Origin: Sphingomonadales bacterium
GTDB lineage: Bacteria; Pseudomonadota; Alphaproteobacteria; Sphingomonadales; Sphingomonadaceae
Assembly: GCA_038202745.1 (NCBI GenBank)
Contig: JBBRER010000003.1
Coordinates: 676-64,675 of the forward strand
Reading direction: 5' to 3'
Length of the DNA: 64,000 bases
Part shown: positions 9,147 through 19,683 of the stretch, one piece after another
How the letters are laid out: every line of letters begins with the position of its first letter
Numbering within the stretch: position 1 is the stretch's first letter
The notes under the pieces: generated by a model
What the model was told of the DNA's origin: nothing
Databases searched by the model: none
The model's input: the letters and a program-made list of their open reading frames with translations, nothing else
Translations under genes and position numbers: made by a program

Positions 9147-9737
9147 TCAGCGCCGCAGCAAAAACACCGCGTGTTCGGCGCGGAAGTTCGCCGCGGCCGC
9201 GCTGGTCTGCTTGTCGCCGCTCAGGAACCACGCCTGTTCCACCACAATCCCGCGCTTGGCGACCAGTTCGCGGAAATCGTCGATGGTCACGTGGTGGATG
9301 TTGGGGGTTTCGTACCACGCCACCGGCAGCAGCCGCGTCACCGGCATCCGCCCGCCCCACATCAGGCTCAGCCGCACGCGCCAGTGCGCGAAGTTGGGAA
9401 AACTGACGAACGCCCGCCGTCCGATCCGCAGCAGTTCGTCGAGCACCCGGTCGGGGCGCATCGTGGTCTGGAGCGTCTGGCTGAGGATCGCGTAATCGAA
9501 CGCGGCGTCGGGATAATCGGCGAGGTCGGCGTCCGCATCGCCCTGCATCACCGACAGCCCGCGCGAAACGCACGCTGCGACGTTGCCCGGATCGAGCTCG
9601 AGGCCGCGCGCATCGGCACGCTTGTCGTCGCGCAAGGCCGCCATCAACGCGCCGTCGCCGCAGCCGATGTCGAGCACCCGGCTGCCCGGCGCGACGTTGG
9701 CCGCGATCACCGCGAGATCGGGGCGCAGCGCGCTCAC
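9147..9737 (-). CDS. metW: methionine biosynthesis protein MetW
   Basis: [17 protein letters not shown]-methyltransferase-like motif and [10 protein letters not shown]...[14 protein letters not shown], characteristic of MetW. The GTG start overlaps the metX stop (GTGA). Confidence 0.9.
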   Translation of the reverse strand: MSALRPDLAVIAANVAPGSRVLDIGCGDGALMAALRDDKRADARGLELDPGNVAACVSRGLSVMQGDADADLADYPDAAFDYAILSQTLQTTMRPDRVLDELLRIGRRAFVSFPNFAHWRVRLSLMWGGRMPVTRLLPVAWYETPNIHHVTIDDFRELVAKRGIVVEQAWFLSGDKQTSAAAANFRAEHAVFLLRR

Positions 9738-10840
9738 CTCCCGAGGAACCCGGCGACCACAGCGTCCAGCGCGGGCACTTCGAGCAGGAAGCTGTCGTGC
9801 CCGTACGGCGCCGATAGCTCAACGAAGCTCACCGCTGCACCGCTGGCGTTAAGCGCGTGGGCGATCGCGCGCGATTCGCCCGTAGGATAAAGCCAGTCGC
9901 TGTCGAAGCTGACCAGGCAGAACCGCGCGCTCGACCCGGCGAAAACGTCGGCGAGCCGCCCGCCGTGCTCCTCGGCGAGATCGAAATAGTCCATCGCGCG
10001 GGTGATGTAGAGGTAGCTGTTGGCGTCGAACCGGTCGGTGAACGACAGTCCTTGGTGGCGCAAATAGCTCTCGACCTGGAAATCGGCATCGAACCCGAAA
10101 GTCTTGGCGTCTCGTCCCTGGAGCCGCCGCCCGAACTTTTCGGTCAACCCCTGCTCCGAAAGATACGTGATGTGCGCCGCCATCCGCGCCACCGCTAGCC
10201 CCGCCTCAGGGCCTTCGCCGCGCGCATAGTCGCCGCCCTGCCACTTGGGATCGGCCATGATCGCCTGGCGGCCGACTTCGTGGAACGCAATATTTTGCGC
10301 CGAGTGCCGCGCCGCGCTGGCGATCGCCAGCACCCGCGCCGCGCGGCTTGGCCAGCCCGCGGCAAGGCTGAGCGCCTGCATCCCGCCCATCGATCCGCCG
10401 ACCACCGCGTGAAGCCGATCGATCCCCAGCGCATCGATCAGCGCGACTTGCGCGCGGACCATGTCGCGGATCGTGATCACCGGAAAGCGCATCGCATAAG
10501 GCCGCCCGTCAGGCGCCGGGCTCGCCGGTCCGGTGGTGCCCATGCAACTGCCCAGGACATTGGCGCAGATCACGAAGAACCGGTCCGTGTCGATCGGCTT
10601 GCCCGGGCCGACCATCCGCGCCCACCAGCCGGGCTTGCCGGTGATCGGATGCGGGCTGGCGAGATGCTGATCCAGGGTCAGCGCGTGGCAGACGAGGATC
10701 GCATTGTCCTTGTCCGCGCCAAGCGCTCCGTAAGTCTCGTAAGCGACGCGCACGCCTTCGAGCCGCTGCCCTCCGTCGAGCGCGAGCGGCGCGGGAAGTT
10801 CCAATAGCTTGCTGGCAGTCAGGAACGCGACATCGGTCAT
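9734..10840 (-). CDS. metX: homoserine O-acetyltransferase
   Basis: VAYETYGAL...[10 protein letters not shown]...[10 protein letters not shown] nucleophile elbow...YGHDSFL. ATG at 10840; the Arg/Pro-rich upstream extension of ORF 9734..11146 is rejected. Confidence 0.9.
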   Translation of the reverse strand: MTDVAFLTASKLLELPAPLALDGGQRLEGVRVAYETYGALGADKDNAILVCHALTLDQHLASPHPITGKPGWWARMVGPGKPIDTDRFFVICANVLGSCMGTTGPASPAPDGRPYAMRFPVITIRDMVRAQVALIDALGIDRLHAVVGGSMGGMQALSLAAGWPSRAARVLAIASAARHSAQNIAFHEVGRQAIMADPKWQGGDYARGEGPEAGLAVARMAAHITYLSEQGLTEKFGRRLQGRDAKTFGFDADFQVESYLRHQGLSFTDRFDANSYLYITRAMDYFDLAEEHGGRLADVFAGSSARFCLVSFDSDWLYPTGESRAIAHALNASGAAVSFVELSAPYGHDSFLLEVPALDAVVAGFLGR

Positions 10841-10905
10841 CGCCTGCCGATTGAGCAAGCCTGGCGGGCTGTCAATCACAACGCGGGCTGCTATGCGCGC
10901 TGCCG

Positions 10906-12006
10906 ATGCCGGACACTCCCCGCCCCAAGCCGTGGATCGAGGCGATCCATCCCTACGTGCCCGGCAAGGCGACGGACGCGGATGGGCGCGCGCTGGTGAA
11001 GCTTTCGGCCAACGAGAACCCGCTCGGGACCAGCCGGGCGGCGCTGGCGGCGCGCGCCGATGCGCTCGAACCTTCGCGCTATCCCGATGGCGACAGCACC
11101 GCCCTGCGGCAGGCGCTGGGCCGGTTTCACGGGATCGATCCTGCACAAATCGTCATGGGCGCGGGTTCCGGAGAGCTGCTCTATCTGGCGGCAAGTGCTT
11201 ATGCCGGGCCGGGCGACGAAGTGCTGTTCGCGCAATACAGCTTTTCGCTCTACGACATCGTTGCGCGGCGCTGCGGGGCGCTGCCGGTCGAGGCACCGGC
11301 GCGCGATTACGGCACCGATGTCGATGCGCTGCTGGAAGCGCTTACGCCGCAAACACGAGTCGTGATCGTCGCCAATCCGAACAACCCGACCGGCACCTAT
11401 CTGCCGCGCGCCGAGATCGCTCGCCTCCACGCCGGACTTCCCGATGACGTGTTGCTAGTGATCGATCAAGCATACGCCGAATACGTCGCGCCCCAACACG
11501 ACGATGCCGCGCTGGGTTTGGCGGCAGGTCAGGCGAACGTTCTGGTCACCCGGACTTTCTCCAAAGCCTACGGATTGGCGGGCGACCGGGTCGGGTGGGG
11601 CACCGGCGCGCCCGGCATCATCGCAGCGCTCAATCGCATTCGCGGCGCGTTCAACGTTTGCAACAGCGCGCAAGCGGGGGCGCTGGCGGCCTTGAACGAC
11701 CAAGCCTTCGTCGAGCGGTCACGCCGACACAACGCCGGAGCCCGGGCCGGCTTCGGCGAGAGCATCGCCACCTTGGGCAATCACAGCATCTCGATGGTGC
11801 CGAGCGAGGCCAACTTCGTGCTCGTGCTGTTCGAGGGCGCGTTGAGCGCGGAAGAGGCTTACGAAGGGTTGGCCCAGCGCGGTTACATCGTGCGGTGGTT
11901 GCCGGGACAGGGGCTTGAGCACGGCTTGCGCATTACAATCGGCACGCGCGAACAGATGAGCGCGATCGCCGCGGCGCTGCGCGAGATGTCCGAAGGCGCA
12001 AAATGA
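10906..12006 (+). CDS. hisC: histidinol-phosphate aminotransferase
   Basis: [17 protein letters not shown] and [15 protein letters not shown] (PLP lysine) motifs. Confidence 0.9.
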   Translation: MPDTPRPKPWIEAIHPYVPGKATDADGRALVKLSANENPLGTSRAALAARADALEPSRYPDGDSTALRQALGRFHGIDPAQIVMGAGSGELLYLAASAYAGPGDEVLFAQYSFSLYDIVARRCGALPVEAPARDYGTDVDALLEALTPQTRVVIVANPNNPTGTYLPRAEIARLHAGLPDDVLLVIDQAYAEYVAPQHDDAALGLAAGQANVLVTRTFSKAYGLAGDRVGWGTGAPGIIAALNRIRGAFNVCNSAQAGALAALNDQAFVERSRRHNAGARAGFGESIATLGNHSISMVPSEANFVLVLFEGALSAEEAYEGLAQRGYIVRWLPGQGLEHGLRITIGTREQMSAIAAALREMSEGAK

Positions 12007-12911
12007 GCTTTTCCCGCATCGCGGTGATCGGGCTCGGGCTGCTCGGCGGGTCGATCGGATTGGCGGTGCGCGAGCACTTGCCTGAGGCGGTCACCAGCGG
12101 CTGGGACATCGACCCCGAAAATCGCGCCCGCGCCGCGACGCGCGGCTTGGTCCAACGCGTGTGCAATACCTGTGCGGATGCGGTCGCCGGCGCCGATCTT
12201 GTGATCCTGTGTGTGCCCGTGGGCGCAATGGCCGTCGCCGCAGCGGAAATTGCGCCGCACTTGACGCAAAGCGTGGTGGTCAGCGACGTCGGTTCGTCGA
12301 AAGCCGCCGTCGCCAAGGCGCTAGCCGTAGCGCTTCCCGGCGTCACCGTGATCCCCGCGCATCCCGTTGCCGGGACCGAGCGATCCGGTCCCGACGCTGG
12401 CTTTGCTGCGTTGTTCCAGCAGCGCTGGTGCATCCTGACCCCGGCGGCCGACGCCCCGCCTGACAAAGTCGCGGCGCTCGCTGCGTTCTGGGAAGCGCTC
12501 GGCGCGCGCGTCGAAATCATGGACGCCGCGCATCACGATCTGGTGCTCGCGGTAACCAGCCACTTGCCGCACCTGATCGCTTACACGATCGTCGGCACCG
12601 CCAGCGATCTCGAGAGTGTGACCCAGGGCGAGGTCATCAAATATTCGGCGGGCGGCTTCCGCGACTTCACCCGCATCGCCGCGTCGGACCCGACGATGTG
12701 GCGCGACGTGTTCCTCTCCAACAAAGACGCGGTGCTCGAGATGCTCCAGCGGTTCACCGAGGATCTAACCGCGTTGCAGCGCGCGATCCGCGTGGGCGAC
12801 GGCGACGCGCTGTTCGATCACTTCGCCCGGACCCGCGCCATCCGCCGCTCGATCATCGCCGAAGGCCAGGACGACGCGCGGCCGGACTTCGGGCGAAGCG
12901 ATCATCTTTAG
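12003..12911 (+). CDS. tyrC: prephenate/arogenate dehydrogenase (TyrA family)
   Basis: [14 protein letters not shown] Rossmann motif, [30 protein letters not shown] overlap with hisC. Confidence 0.85.
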   Translation: MSFSRIAVIGLGLLGGSIGLAVREHLPEAVTSGWDIDPENRARAATRGLVQRVCNTCADAVAGADLVILCVPVGAMAVAAAEIAPHLTQSVVVSDVGSSKAAVAKALAVALPGVTVIPAHPVAGTERSGPDAGFAALFQQRWCILTPAADAPPDKVAALAAFWEALGARVEIMDAAHHDLVLAVTSHLPHLIAYTIVGTASDLESVTQGEVIKYSAGGFRDFTRIAASDPTMWRDVFLSNKDAVLEMLQRFTEDLTALQRAIRVGDGDALFDHFARTRAIRRSIIAEGQDDARPDFGRSDHL

Positions 12912-12942
12912 CCGGTGCGCCAATCGCCTCCGCGATTGGCTA

Positions 12943-13027
12943 GCAACACCAGCCCGCTCCCCCGGCCCGACCACCCGTTCAGGGTATCACTATGGGTGGC
13001 CGGGCCGGGGGAGCGGGCTGGTGTTGC
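12943..13027. terminator. 34-bp-stem inverted repeat between convergent tyrC and plsC (REP-like / bidirectional terminator)
   Basis: GCAACACCAGCCCGCTCCCCCGGCCCGACCACCC (12943-12976) pairs with 12994-13027 with one mismatch around a 17-nt loop. A separate 8-bp hairpin CCAATCGC-CTCC-GCGATTGG lies at 12920-12939. Confidence 0.7.
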
Positions 13028-13062
13028 GCGAGGGGCCAGCATTGCTGGACCCGATTAACGCA

Positions 13063-13740
13063 TCAAGGATTCAGCGCGTTGATCGCGTCGCTCACCCGCG
13101 CTTCGATCTCCTCGCGCGGCAGGCCCGCGGGGATCGGCTCGCCGAATACGATGCGGATCGTGCCGCGGCGCTTGATCCAGTGATGGTAGAACGGCCCGCT
13201 GAGCACGGCGACCGGCACCACCTCGCGCCCGAGTAGCTTGTACAGCCCCGCAAACCCGGCCTGAAGCGGTCCGTGGGCGCCGTGCGGCACGCGGGTGCCC
13301 TCCGGAAAGATCGCGATCAGCCGCCCGCCCGCGCCAAGGCGCTTGGCCGCCGCGATCATCTTGCGCAGCGCGCTCGCACCCGCATCGCGTTCCACCGCGA
13401 CGAGCCCGTAACGATCGGCCGCCAGACCCCACAGCGGAATGCGCATCAGCTGCGCCTTGGCGAAGACCACCGGGTTATCGAGCAGGACGGGCAAATCGAT
13501 CGCCTCGAAGAACGATTCGTGCTTCACCGCGACAAGCGTTCCGGGGGGAGGCAGCGCACCTTCGACTGCGACGGCAATTCCCAAAAAGCGCGTCACACAC
13601 CAGCGGTGATAGCGTGCCCAGGCGCGGACTGCGCCGCGAAACAGCGGCTCCGAACCCGTCAACAGCATCGCCGCCGCGTTGCTCACGACGAACACGCTGC
13701 CCAGATAGAATACCAAATAAAACAGCACGCTGCGCGCCAT
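13063..13740 (-). CDS. plsC: 1-acyl-sn-glycerol-3-phosphate acyltransferase
   Basis: VAVKHESFFEA (H-x4-D-type box) and IFPEGTR motifs. ATG at 13740; the track's TTG at 13758 is less likely. Confidence 0.8.
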   Translation of the reverse strand: MARSVLFYLVFYLGSVFVVSNAAAMLLTGSEPLFRGAVRAWARYHRWCVTRFLGIAVAVEGALPPPGTLVAVKHESFFEAIDLPVLLDNPVVFAKAQLMRIPLWGLAADRYGLVAVERDAGASALRKMIAAAKRLGAGGRLIAIFPEGTRVPHGAHGPLQAGFAGLYKLLGREVVPVAVLSGPFYHHWIKRRGTIRIVFGEPIPAGLPREEIEARVSDAINALNP

Positions 13741-13761
13741 TTCTGAGACGCGAAGCAAGGT

Positions 13762-14292
13762 TCAGCGCTCCCACAGCCGGGCGACATGCGCGGCGATCAG
13801 CTTGTGGTATTCGAGGAACAGTATGCGGAAGCTCGGCCGGCTCAGCACTGCGTCCTCGGTCACGCTCACCCCTGCCGGAAGGCGGGCGCGGAGTTCGTAA
13901 GCGGCGCGGCGCATGTGCCAGTCGTTGGTCACCAACCGCACCGACCGGGCGTGCTGCGCAGCGGCCCACGCGGCGATTTCTTTGGCGTTGCTGCGGGTAT
14001 CGACCGAATCGAAACCGAGCGCGACGCAGCAGGCCATCCGCGCGCTGTCGACCCGGTATTCGATCGCGAATTCGTGCGGCTTGACCTCGGGATCAACGCC
14101 CGAGACGAACACTTTGCTGGCTACCCCGCGGTCGAGCAACGCGAGCGCGCGCAGGATACGGCCGCTACCCCCGGTGGGCACGACGATCGCGTCGCTACGC
14201 CCACCGTCGAGCGGTCGCGGCAGCGTGACCGCGAAACCGATAAACCCAAACGCCCACAGCAGCAGGGCGAGCGCGGCGGCGCGGCGGATCAC
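13762..14292 (-). CDS. YdcF family (DUF218) protein
   Basis: N-terminal TM, then DAIVVPTGGSGR...VFVSG...DTRSNA...LVTNDWHMRRA. The GTG 14292 overlaps the ftsX stop (GTGA). Confidence 0.75.
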   Translation of the reverse strand: MIRRAAALALLLWAFGFIGFAVTLPRPLDGGRSDAIVVPTGGSGRILRALALLDRGVASKVFVSGVDPEVKPHEFAIEYRVDSARMACCVALGFDSVDTRSNAKEIAAWAAAQHARSVRLVTNDWHMRRAAYELRARLPAGVSVTEDAVLSRPSFRILFLEYHKLIAAHVARLWER

Positions 14293-15203
14293 AGCATTCG
14301 CCCGAGCGCGCGGGTCACGGTCACGCGCGCGGTCAGCATCGCCAGCAGCGTGCCCGCGACCGGCACCAGCGCCAGCATCGCCCAATCGAACCACGCGAAC
14401 GCGCCGCCGTCGATCAATCCGGCGCCAAGTCCGGCGAAGCGCCGCCCGAGCAGCAGCACCGCGGTGATCCCGATCGCCAGCCCGGCAATTCCCCCCAGCG
14501 CCGCGTCCTGCCCGATCGCGCGCTGGAAAATCCGCGCGATCTGGGTGTCGCTCCCGCCGAGCAGATGAACGATCTCGATCGTGTCGCGATTGGCGCCGAG
14601 CGCGGTCCGCACCGCCAGCAGAACCGCGGCCGAAGTCGCCGCGCCGAGCAGCGCGATCAGCACCAACGCGAGCCACTGGAGCGAAGCGACCGCGCCGAAC
14701 ACCGGGCGCAGCCAACTCGATTGCGCATCGACCCGCGCCGCCGGAGCAACCTCGCGCACCGAGCGGCGCAGCGCCCCCAGCGTCTCGCCGTCGACCGGAT
14801 GCGACAACCGCGCATCGACCAGCGCGGGCACCGGGATCGGATCGTCCACGCTCGCATCGCGGATGTCGAGCCATGGCTCAATCAGCTTGTCGAGTTGGTC
14901 TTGCGAGACGACGTGCGCTTCGGCCACCCCCGGCGTGGCGCGCAGCCGCGCGGCGGCGCGTTCGGCCTGGGCGTGGGCGAGATCGGCGTTGGCCTCGACC
15001 ACCTGGACAGTGACCCCGCCCGACAAATCCTCGGAAGCAGTGTCGGTCAAGTGACGCAGTGCGAGGCCGCCTGCCAGCGCGATCACGGTCAGCGCGACCA
15101 TGATCGCGATCACCCACGGCATCGGCCCCGAAAGCTGCGCCGGGGGGACCAGCGCCGCATCGCCGCGCTTTTGGCCGCGGAAAAGGTTGAGCGCCCTCGC
15201 CAT
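14289..15203 (-). CDS. ftsX: cell division ABC transporter permease-like protein FtsX
   Basis: N-terminal TM, periplasmic loop and three C-terminal TMs with the EIVHLLGGSD motif. TGATG junction with ftsE. Confidence 0.85.
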   Translation of the reverse strand: MARALNLFRGQKRGDAALVPPAQLSGPMPWVIAIMVALTVIALAGGLALRHLTDTASEDLSGGVTVQVVEANADLAHAQAERAAARLRATPGVAEAHVVSQDQLDKLIEPWLDIRDASVDDPIPVPALVDARLSHPVDGETLGALRRSVREVAPAARVDAQSSWLRPVFGAVASLQWLALVLIALLGAATSAAVLLAVRTALGANRDTIEIVHLLGGSDTQIARIFQRAIGQDAALGGIAGLAIGITAVLLLGRRFAGLGAGLIDGGAFAWFDWAMLALVPVAGTLLAMLTARVTVTRALGRML

Positions 15204-15931
15204 CAGCCCCGCGCCAGCGCGGGTCGCGGCGGGTAGCGCAGAGCGCCCGTGGGATCGCCGAGCCGGCCTTTGTCGAGCCGCATGATCAGCGAATTGGGCA
15301 CTTTGCGCAGCAAGTGCAGATCGTGCGTCGCGACGACGACCGTAGTGCCGAGTCGGTTGAGCGCCTCGAACAGGCGCAGCAACTTGATCGCCATGTCGGG
15401 ATCGACGTTGCCGGTGGGCTCGTCGGCAACGAGCAGCTCGGGCCGGCCGATCACCGCGCGGGCGATCGCGACACGTTGCTGCTCGCCGCCCGATAGCGTC
15501 GCCGGGCGCGCGTGCATGCGGTCGGCAAGCCCGACCCATTCGAGCATGTCGGCGACCGGGCGGGCGAGTTCGCGTTCCGAAACGCCGGCGACGCGCAGCG
15601 GCAGCGCGACGTTGTCGAACGCCGACATGTGCGCGACAAGGCGGAAGTCCTGGAACACCACTCCCAGCCGGCGGCGGAAGAACGGCAAACGTTGGCGCGG
15701 GAGCGTGATCGCGTCGGTGCCGAACATTCGGATCATCCCGCGCGACGGTCGCTGCGCGAGATACAGCAGCCGCAGCAGCGAGGTCTTGCCCGCGCCGCTG
15801 GCCCCGGTCAGGAAATAGAAGCTGCCCGGATAGAGCGTGAACGAGATGTCCGACAGCACCTCGCGATCGGTGCCGTAACGCAGCCCGACGTTGGCGAAGT
15901 GGACGATTTCCCCGTCGGCGGCGGTGGACAC
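15203..15931 (-). CDS. ftsE: cell division ATP-binding protein FtsE
   Basis: Walker A GASGAGKTS, signature LSGGEQQR, Walker B LLVADEPTG. GTG start at 15931. Confidence 0.9.
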   Translation of the reverse strand: MSTAADGEIVHFANVGLRYGTDREVLSDISFTLYPGSFYFLTGASGAGKTSLLRLLYLAQRPSRGMIRMFGTDAITLPRQRLPFFRRRLGVVFQDFRLVAHMSAFDNVALPLRVAGVSERELARPVADMLEWVGLADRMHARPATLSGGEQQRVAIARAVIGRPELLVADEPTGNVDPDMAIKLLRLFEALNRLGTTVVVATHDLHLLRKVPNSLIMRLDKGRLGDPTGALRYPPRPALARG

Positions 15932-16114
15932 GGCGGCGCTGGGCTCCGAACGGCGGCGCCCGGGGTGGGCGGTCTCGGGCGGGGCTATAGCGGCGCTTGC
16001 GCCCGCTGGGCAATCGATCCGGCAAAAATGGCAATGTGGAAAAAAGCCCCATTCGGGCGCGAGAGCGTGCGACGCGCCTTGCCGCGCGCAGCGATGCGCT
16101 GTTTAACCGCCTTC

Positions 16115-16972
16115 GTGATCATCGCCTGCCCCGCCTGCGCCACGCGCTATGTCGTCCCCGACAGCGCGATCGGCGTCGATGGCCGGACGGTGCGCTGCGC
16201 CAAGTGCCGGCACAGCTGGTTTCAGGACGGCCCGGCGCTCGGTGTCGAGCCGAGCGCCCCACCGCCGCCTGCACCGCCGCCTCCGCCCCCTACGCCGCCG
16301 TCACCGCCCCCCATCGCCGAACCGCAGCCTGTCGACGAAGAGCCAGCGATGCCCGCCGAGCAAGCGGCGCCCGAGCCGACCTCGGAGTACCCGCAGCCCG
16401 AACCGGCCGTTTCGGAGCCCGCCTCGCCCGACGTGGACGAGCCGCTGCCCGCGCCGCCCCCGGTTTACGCCGATCCCGAGCCCGAGCAGGTTTACGCCGA
16501 GGACGATTATTCGAGCTTCGCGCACGAACCGCCGTTCCGGCCGCGGCGCAACCCGGCCAGGATGTGGACGCTGGCCGCGGTGCTGTTCGCGGTGCTGGCG
16601 CTCGCCGCGATCGCCGCAACCGCGCGCTGGGGGCTGCCCGACTGGGTGCCGCTGGCGCGCCCGACATTCGCCGAGGCGCAGCCGGGGCTCGTGCTCGAAT
16701 TTCCGCCGAACCGCCAGGACCGCCGCCGCCTGCCCGACGGAAGCGAGTTTTTCGGCGCCAATGGCACGGTGACCAACGTCGGGCGCACCGGGCGCAGTGT
16801 GCCCGCGATCCTCGTGGTATTGCGCGACGCGCGCAACCGTATCGTCTATTCGGCCGAGATGGCGCCGCCCCAGCGCGTGCTCGCGCCGGGCGAGAGCGAG
16901 GCGATCAACGAGGCGCTCGCGGATATTCCAAAAGCCGCCAAATTCGCCGAATTCGGCTGGAAGCCGGGCTGA
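16115..16972 (+). CDS. MJ0042-type zinc-ribbon protein with Pro-rich linker, TM and C-terminal DUF3426-like domain
   Basis: (M)IIACPACATRYVVPDSAIGVDGRTVRCAKCRHSWF zinc ribbon, a PPPPAPPPPPPTPPSPPP linker, and the TM WTLAAVLFAVLALAAIAA. GTG 16115 is favoured; an in-frame ATG at 16094 is possible. Divergent from ftsEX. Confidence 0.7.
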   Translation: MIIACPACATRYVVPDSAIGVDGRTVRCAKCRHSWFQDGPALGVEPSAPPPPAPPPPPPTPPSPPPIAEPQPVDEEPAMPAEQAAPEPTSEYPQPEPAVSEPASPDVDEPLPAPPPVYADPEPEQVYAEDDYSSFAHEPPFRPRRNPARMWTLAAVLFAVLALAAIAATARWGLPDWVPLARPTFAEAQPGLVLEFPPNRQDRRRLPDGSEFFGANGTVTNVGRTGRSVPAILVVLRDARNRIVYSAEMAPPQRVLAPGESEAINEALADIPKAAKFAEFGWKPG

Positions 16973-17068
16973 GGTGCGCGCAGCGGGCGCGGCTTGCATG
17001 TGCCGGGGGGCTTTGCTAACGGCGCGCTCCTACCCCCCCGGGGCGCCGCGGCGCGCTCCGTCGATTTA

Positions 17069-17155
17069 GCGGTCGTGGCGGAACTGGTAGACGCGCAACG
17101 TTGAGGTCGTTGTGGGCGAAAGCCCGTGGAAGTTCGAGTCTTCTCGACCGCACCA
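17069..17155 (+). tRNA. tRNA-Leu (anticodon GAG)
   Basis: GCGGTCGTGGCGGAACTGGTAGACGCGCAACGTTGAGGTCGTTGTGGGCGAAAGCCCGTGGAAGTTCGAGTCTTCTCGACCGCACCA. It has acceptor pairing GCGGTCG/CGACCGC, the anticodon loop TTGAGGT, a long variable arm and an encoded CCA. Confidence 0.9.
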
Positions 17156-17314
17156 ATCATCCCCGAAACTGCCGTCTGCCCCGATCGGCGCTCGTGCCGC
17201 CCCTCCGCCGCGGGCAACGACCGGCGTCCTCCGGCCTGCGGCCTATTCCTATCGCAACACACAGCGGTTAAGACGCGGGCCGAAACCGTTCCGTTGGGTA
17301 GCCGGAGGCCGATC

Positions 17315-17779
17315 ATGCCGAAACTTTCGCCGCGAGTTCTTGCCGCCCTGCTTGCGTCCGGGGCGCTGTGCACGGTGGCCGCTGCCGCGATGACACCGGG
17401 CGACACCATCTTCGCTCGCCAGGCGAACTTCAAGCAGCTGGGCCGCGGGTTCAAGGCGATCGCCGACGAGCTCCGCAAGCCCGCGCCGTCGGTCGATGTC
17501 GTTCGCGCCACGGTCCCGACGATCGGCGTCGCGGCGGGCAAAGTCGCCAACTATTTTCCACGCGGGACCGGCGCGGAAGCCGGAACAAAGACCGCCGCAT
17601 TGCCGGCGATCTGGGAGCGCAATCCCGAATTCCAGGCCGCCGATCTGCGCTTGCTGACCGCCGTCCGCAATCTCCAGACCAGCGCGGCGAGCGGCGACCT
17701 CGATCGGATCAAGGCCGCCACGGGCGCGCTCGGCGGTGCGTGCAAGGGCTGCCACGACACCTTCCGGGCGCGCGAATGA
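17315..17779 (+). CDS. cytochrome c' (class II c-type cytochrome)
   Basis: GGAGG before ATG 17315, a signal peptide, a four-helix-type sequence, and a single C-terminal haem site CKGCH 6 residues from the end. Confidence 0.8.
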   Translation: MPKLSPRVLAALLASGALCTVAAAAMTPGDTIFARQANFKQLGRGFKAIADELRKPAPSVDVVRATVPTIGVAAGKVANYFPRGTGAEAGTKTAALPAIWERNPEFQAADLRLLTAVRNLQTSAASGDLDRIKAATGALGGACKGCHDTFRARE

Positions 17780-18453
17780 TACTGCCGGACGGTGCCGACA
17801 ACGCCACGATCCGGCTGTGGGATCTGCCCGTCCGGCTCATCCATTGGTCGCTGGTCGTGCTCATGCCGATGCTGTGGTGGAGCTGGAAATCCGGCGATTT
17901 GGCGCTTCACAAACAACTCGGGCTGGTCACGCTGGCGCTGGTCGCCTTCCGGCTGATGTGGGGACTTGTCGGTAGCCATACCGCTCGCTTCGCCAGTTTT
18001 CTGGCCGGCCCGCGGGCCATGTTGGACTACGTTGCGTGCAAGCGCGTCGCGCCGGTCGTGGGCCACAACCCCGTCGGCGGCTGGAGCACGGTTCTTCTGC
18101 TCGGGCTGCTGGCCACGGAGGTAGCGTTGGGGCTGTTCGCGCAGGATATCGACGCGATCGAGTCCGGCCCGTTGAGCTATCTGGTGACTTACGATGCTGC
18201 GGACGCGGCGCGCGAATGGCACGATCTGGTGTTCGATCTCCTGCTTGCCTTCATCGCGCTCCACATCGCGGCCATCCTGTTCTACCTGGTGGCCAAGCGC
18301 GACAATTTGATCGGGCCGATGGTGACCGGTCGCAAGGCCGTTGTCGACGGCCTGCCGTCCCCAATGCAGGCGTCGCCGCTTCGCATCATCGTTTGCGCGA
18401 TCGGCGCGGCGACACTGGCCTACTGGATTTCGCTCGGGTGCCCGGTCCTCTGA
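17776..18453 (+). CDS. cytochrome b561 family (CybB-like) membrane protein
   Basis: ATGA overlap with the cytochrome c' stop. VRLIHWSL...GHNPVGGW...HDLVFDLLLAFIALHIAAILFY give conserved His in four TMs. Confidence 0.8.
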   Translation: MILPDGADNATIRLWDLPVRLIHWSLVVLMPMLWWSWKSGDLALHKQLGLVTLALVAFRLMWGLVGSHTARFASFLAGPRAMLDYVACKRVAPVVGHNPVGGWSTVLLLGLLATEVALGLFAQDIDAIESGPLSYLVTYDAADAAREWHDLVFDLLLAFIALHIAAILFYLVAKRDNLIGPMVTGRKAVVDGLPSPMQASPLRIIVCAIGAATLAYWISLGCPVL

Positions 18454-18489
18454 ATCGTAGCGCGACGCAACCGAGATTGCAGGGGACGA

Positions 18490-19584
18490 TCAACCCGATC
18501 GTCCGCGCGCGGTTACGGACCAGAACCCGATCACCTGCTCACCTTCGCACACCGCGTAACGGTCGTAGAGATTGACCGTCGGATCGCAGTGCGGGGGCTG
18601 GAGCGTGATTCGCGCGCCGTACGCCGGATCGCTGCCGCCGGATGGAGTAACCAAGCAACCGTGCTCGTCACCCATGAACGCAAAGCGGCTCGCGGGGTCG
18701 GCGCCGGCTAGCACAACCGCGGGCCCGGCCTCGGTCGCCATCGCCTTGAGCCCGGCGTCGAGCGTGACCATTCCCGGCGTATTGGCGCTGACGACCCGCG
18801 TGTCGATGGCGAGCGCGGGTAGGAATTTGGGAGCGGTGGCGAACTCGCAATCGCCGTATTGGCGGTCGAGGAAGATGTACGAGCCGACCTGAAGCTCGCT
18901 CAGCACTCCTTGCTCGACGTCGATCGCGAAGCTGCCGGTCCCTCCTCCGCTGACGCTCGGCGCGGCAAATCCCGCGTCGGCGAGCGCCGCGAGCACGGTT
19001 TCAAGATATGCGGTGCGTTCGACGATCGCGGCGCGACGCTCGGCAAAGCTGGCAACGTGCTGCTGCATCCCGCAGTAGAACTGGACTCCGCGGTAAACGA
19101 GCGCGCCGCTGCCCGCGATCCGCTGTGCCAACTCCACGGCCGCGGCGGGCGAAGTGACCCCAGTGCGGTGCATTCCGGGGTCGATGTCGATCAGCACCGC
19201 GAGCGGCTTGTCCTGCGCGGCGTGCGCCAGCGCATCGGCGTTGGCCGGATGATCGACGACCACGCTCAGATCGGCGGTGCGGCGATTAAGCGCGGCCAAG
19301 CGGGCGACAGCCTGCGGCGGAACCACCGGCGAAGTAATCAGCAGCCCATCTACGCCCTCGGCCGCCAGCGCCTCGGCCTCGCCCAGCTTCGCGCAGCATA
19401 CGCCAACCGCGCCCTCGGCAAGCTGAAGCCGCGCGATGTCCGCACTTTTGTGCGTCTTGGCATGCGGGCGCAGCGCCACTCCCGCGGAGCGCGCGTAGTC
19501 CGCCATCGCGGCGATGTTGGCGGCCAGCGCGGCGCGCTCGATGATCAGCGCGGGGGTCGGCAGATCGTCGCGCAAAGTCGTCAT
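18490..19584 (-). CDS. DSD1-family PLP enzyme (D-serine dehydratase / D-threonine aldolase-like, alanine-racemase N-terminal fold)
   Basis: TPALIIERAALAANI...RPHAKTHKS (PLP lysine context)...GSYIFLD...HCDPTVNLYD. ATG at 19584. Confidence 0.75.
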   Translation of the reverse strand: MTTLRDDLPTPALIIERAALAANIAAMADYARSAGVALRPHAKTHKSADIARLQLAEGAVGVCCAKLGEAEALAAEGVDGLLITSPVVPPQAVARLAALNRRTADLSVVVDHPANADALAHAAQDKPLAVLIDIDPGMHRTGVTSPAAAVELAQRIAGSGALVYRGVQFYCGMQQHVASFAERRAAIVERTAYLETVLAALADAGFAAPSVSGGGTGSFAIDVEQGVLSELQVGSYIFLDRQYGDCEFATAPKFLPALAIDTRVVSANTPGMVTLDAGLKAMATEAGPAVVLAGADPASRFAFMGDEHGCLVTPSGGSDPAYGARITLQPPHCDPTVNLYDRYAVCEGEQVIGFWSVTARGRSG

Positions 19585-19648
19585 GCGCGGTGTCTCACCC
19601 AAACCCGCGCGTCCTGCAACCGTGATGCTTGCTCGATGCTTCGATTGG

Positions 19649-19663
19649 GAACATAAAGAGAAC
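19649..19663 (+). promoter_or_regulatory. alphaproteobacterial LexA (SOS) box GAAC-N7-GAAC upstream of imuA
   Basis: GAACATAAAGAGAAC lies 21 nt upstream of the imuA ATG (19684), inside the only AT-rich patch of the 19585-19683 intergenic region. Confidence 0.75.
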
Positions 19664-19683
19664 ATAACGATTCGATTCGCACG

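Noticed and set aside
10841-10905. Possible SAM-II (metA-type) riboswitch upstream of metX
   Set aside because: GUGAUU and GGCUUG strings reminiscent of SAM-II are present. I cannot find the AAAGCU pseudoknot partner at the right spacing, and the divergent intergenic region is only 65 bp. A covariance-model scan (Rfam RF00521) would be needed, so I am not calling it.
6147-17155. Genomic island bounded by the two tRNA-Leu genes
   Set aside because: The content is core metabolism and cell division (metXW, hisC, tyrC, plsC, ftsEX). There is no integrase, no direct repeats of tRNA 3' ends and no visible compositional shift.
17315-18453. Cytochrome c' / cytochrome b561 pair as a novel system
   Set aside because: This two-gene arrangement is a commonly seen, conventional pairing (NO/oxidative-stress related). 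Nothing unusual appears in the sequence beyond the ATGA coupling.
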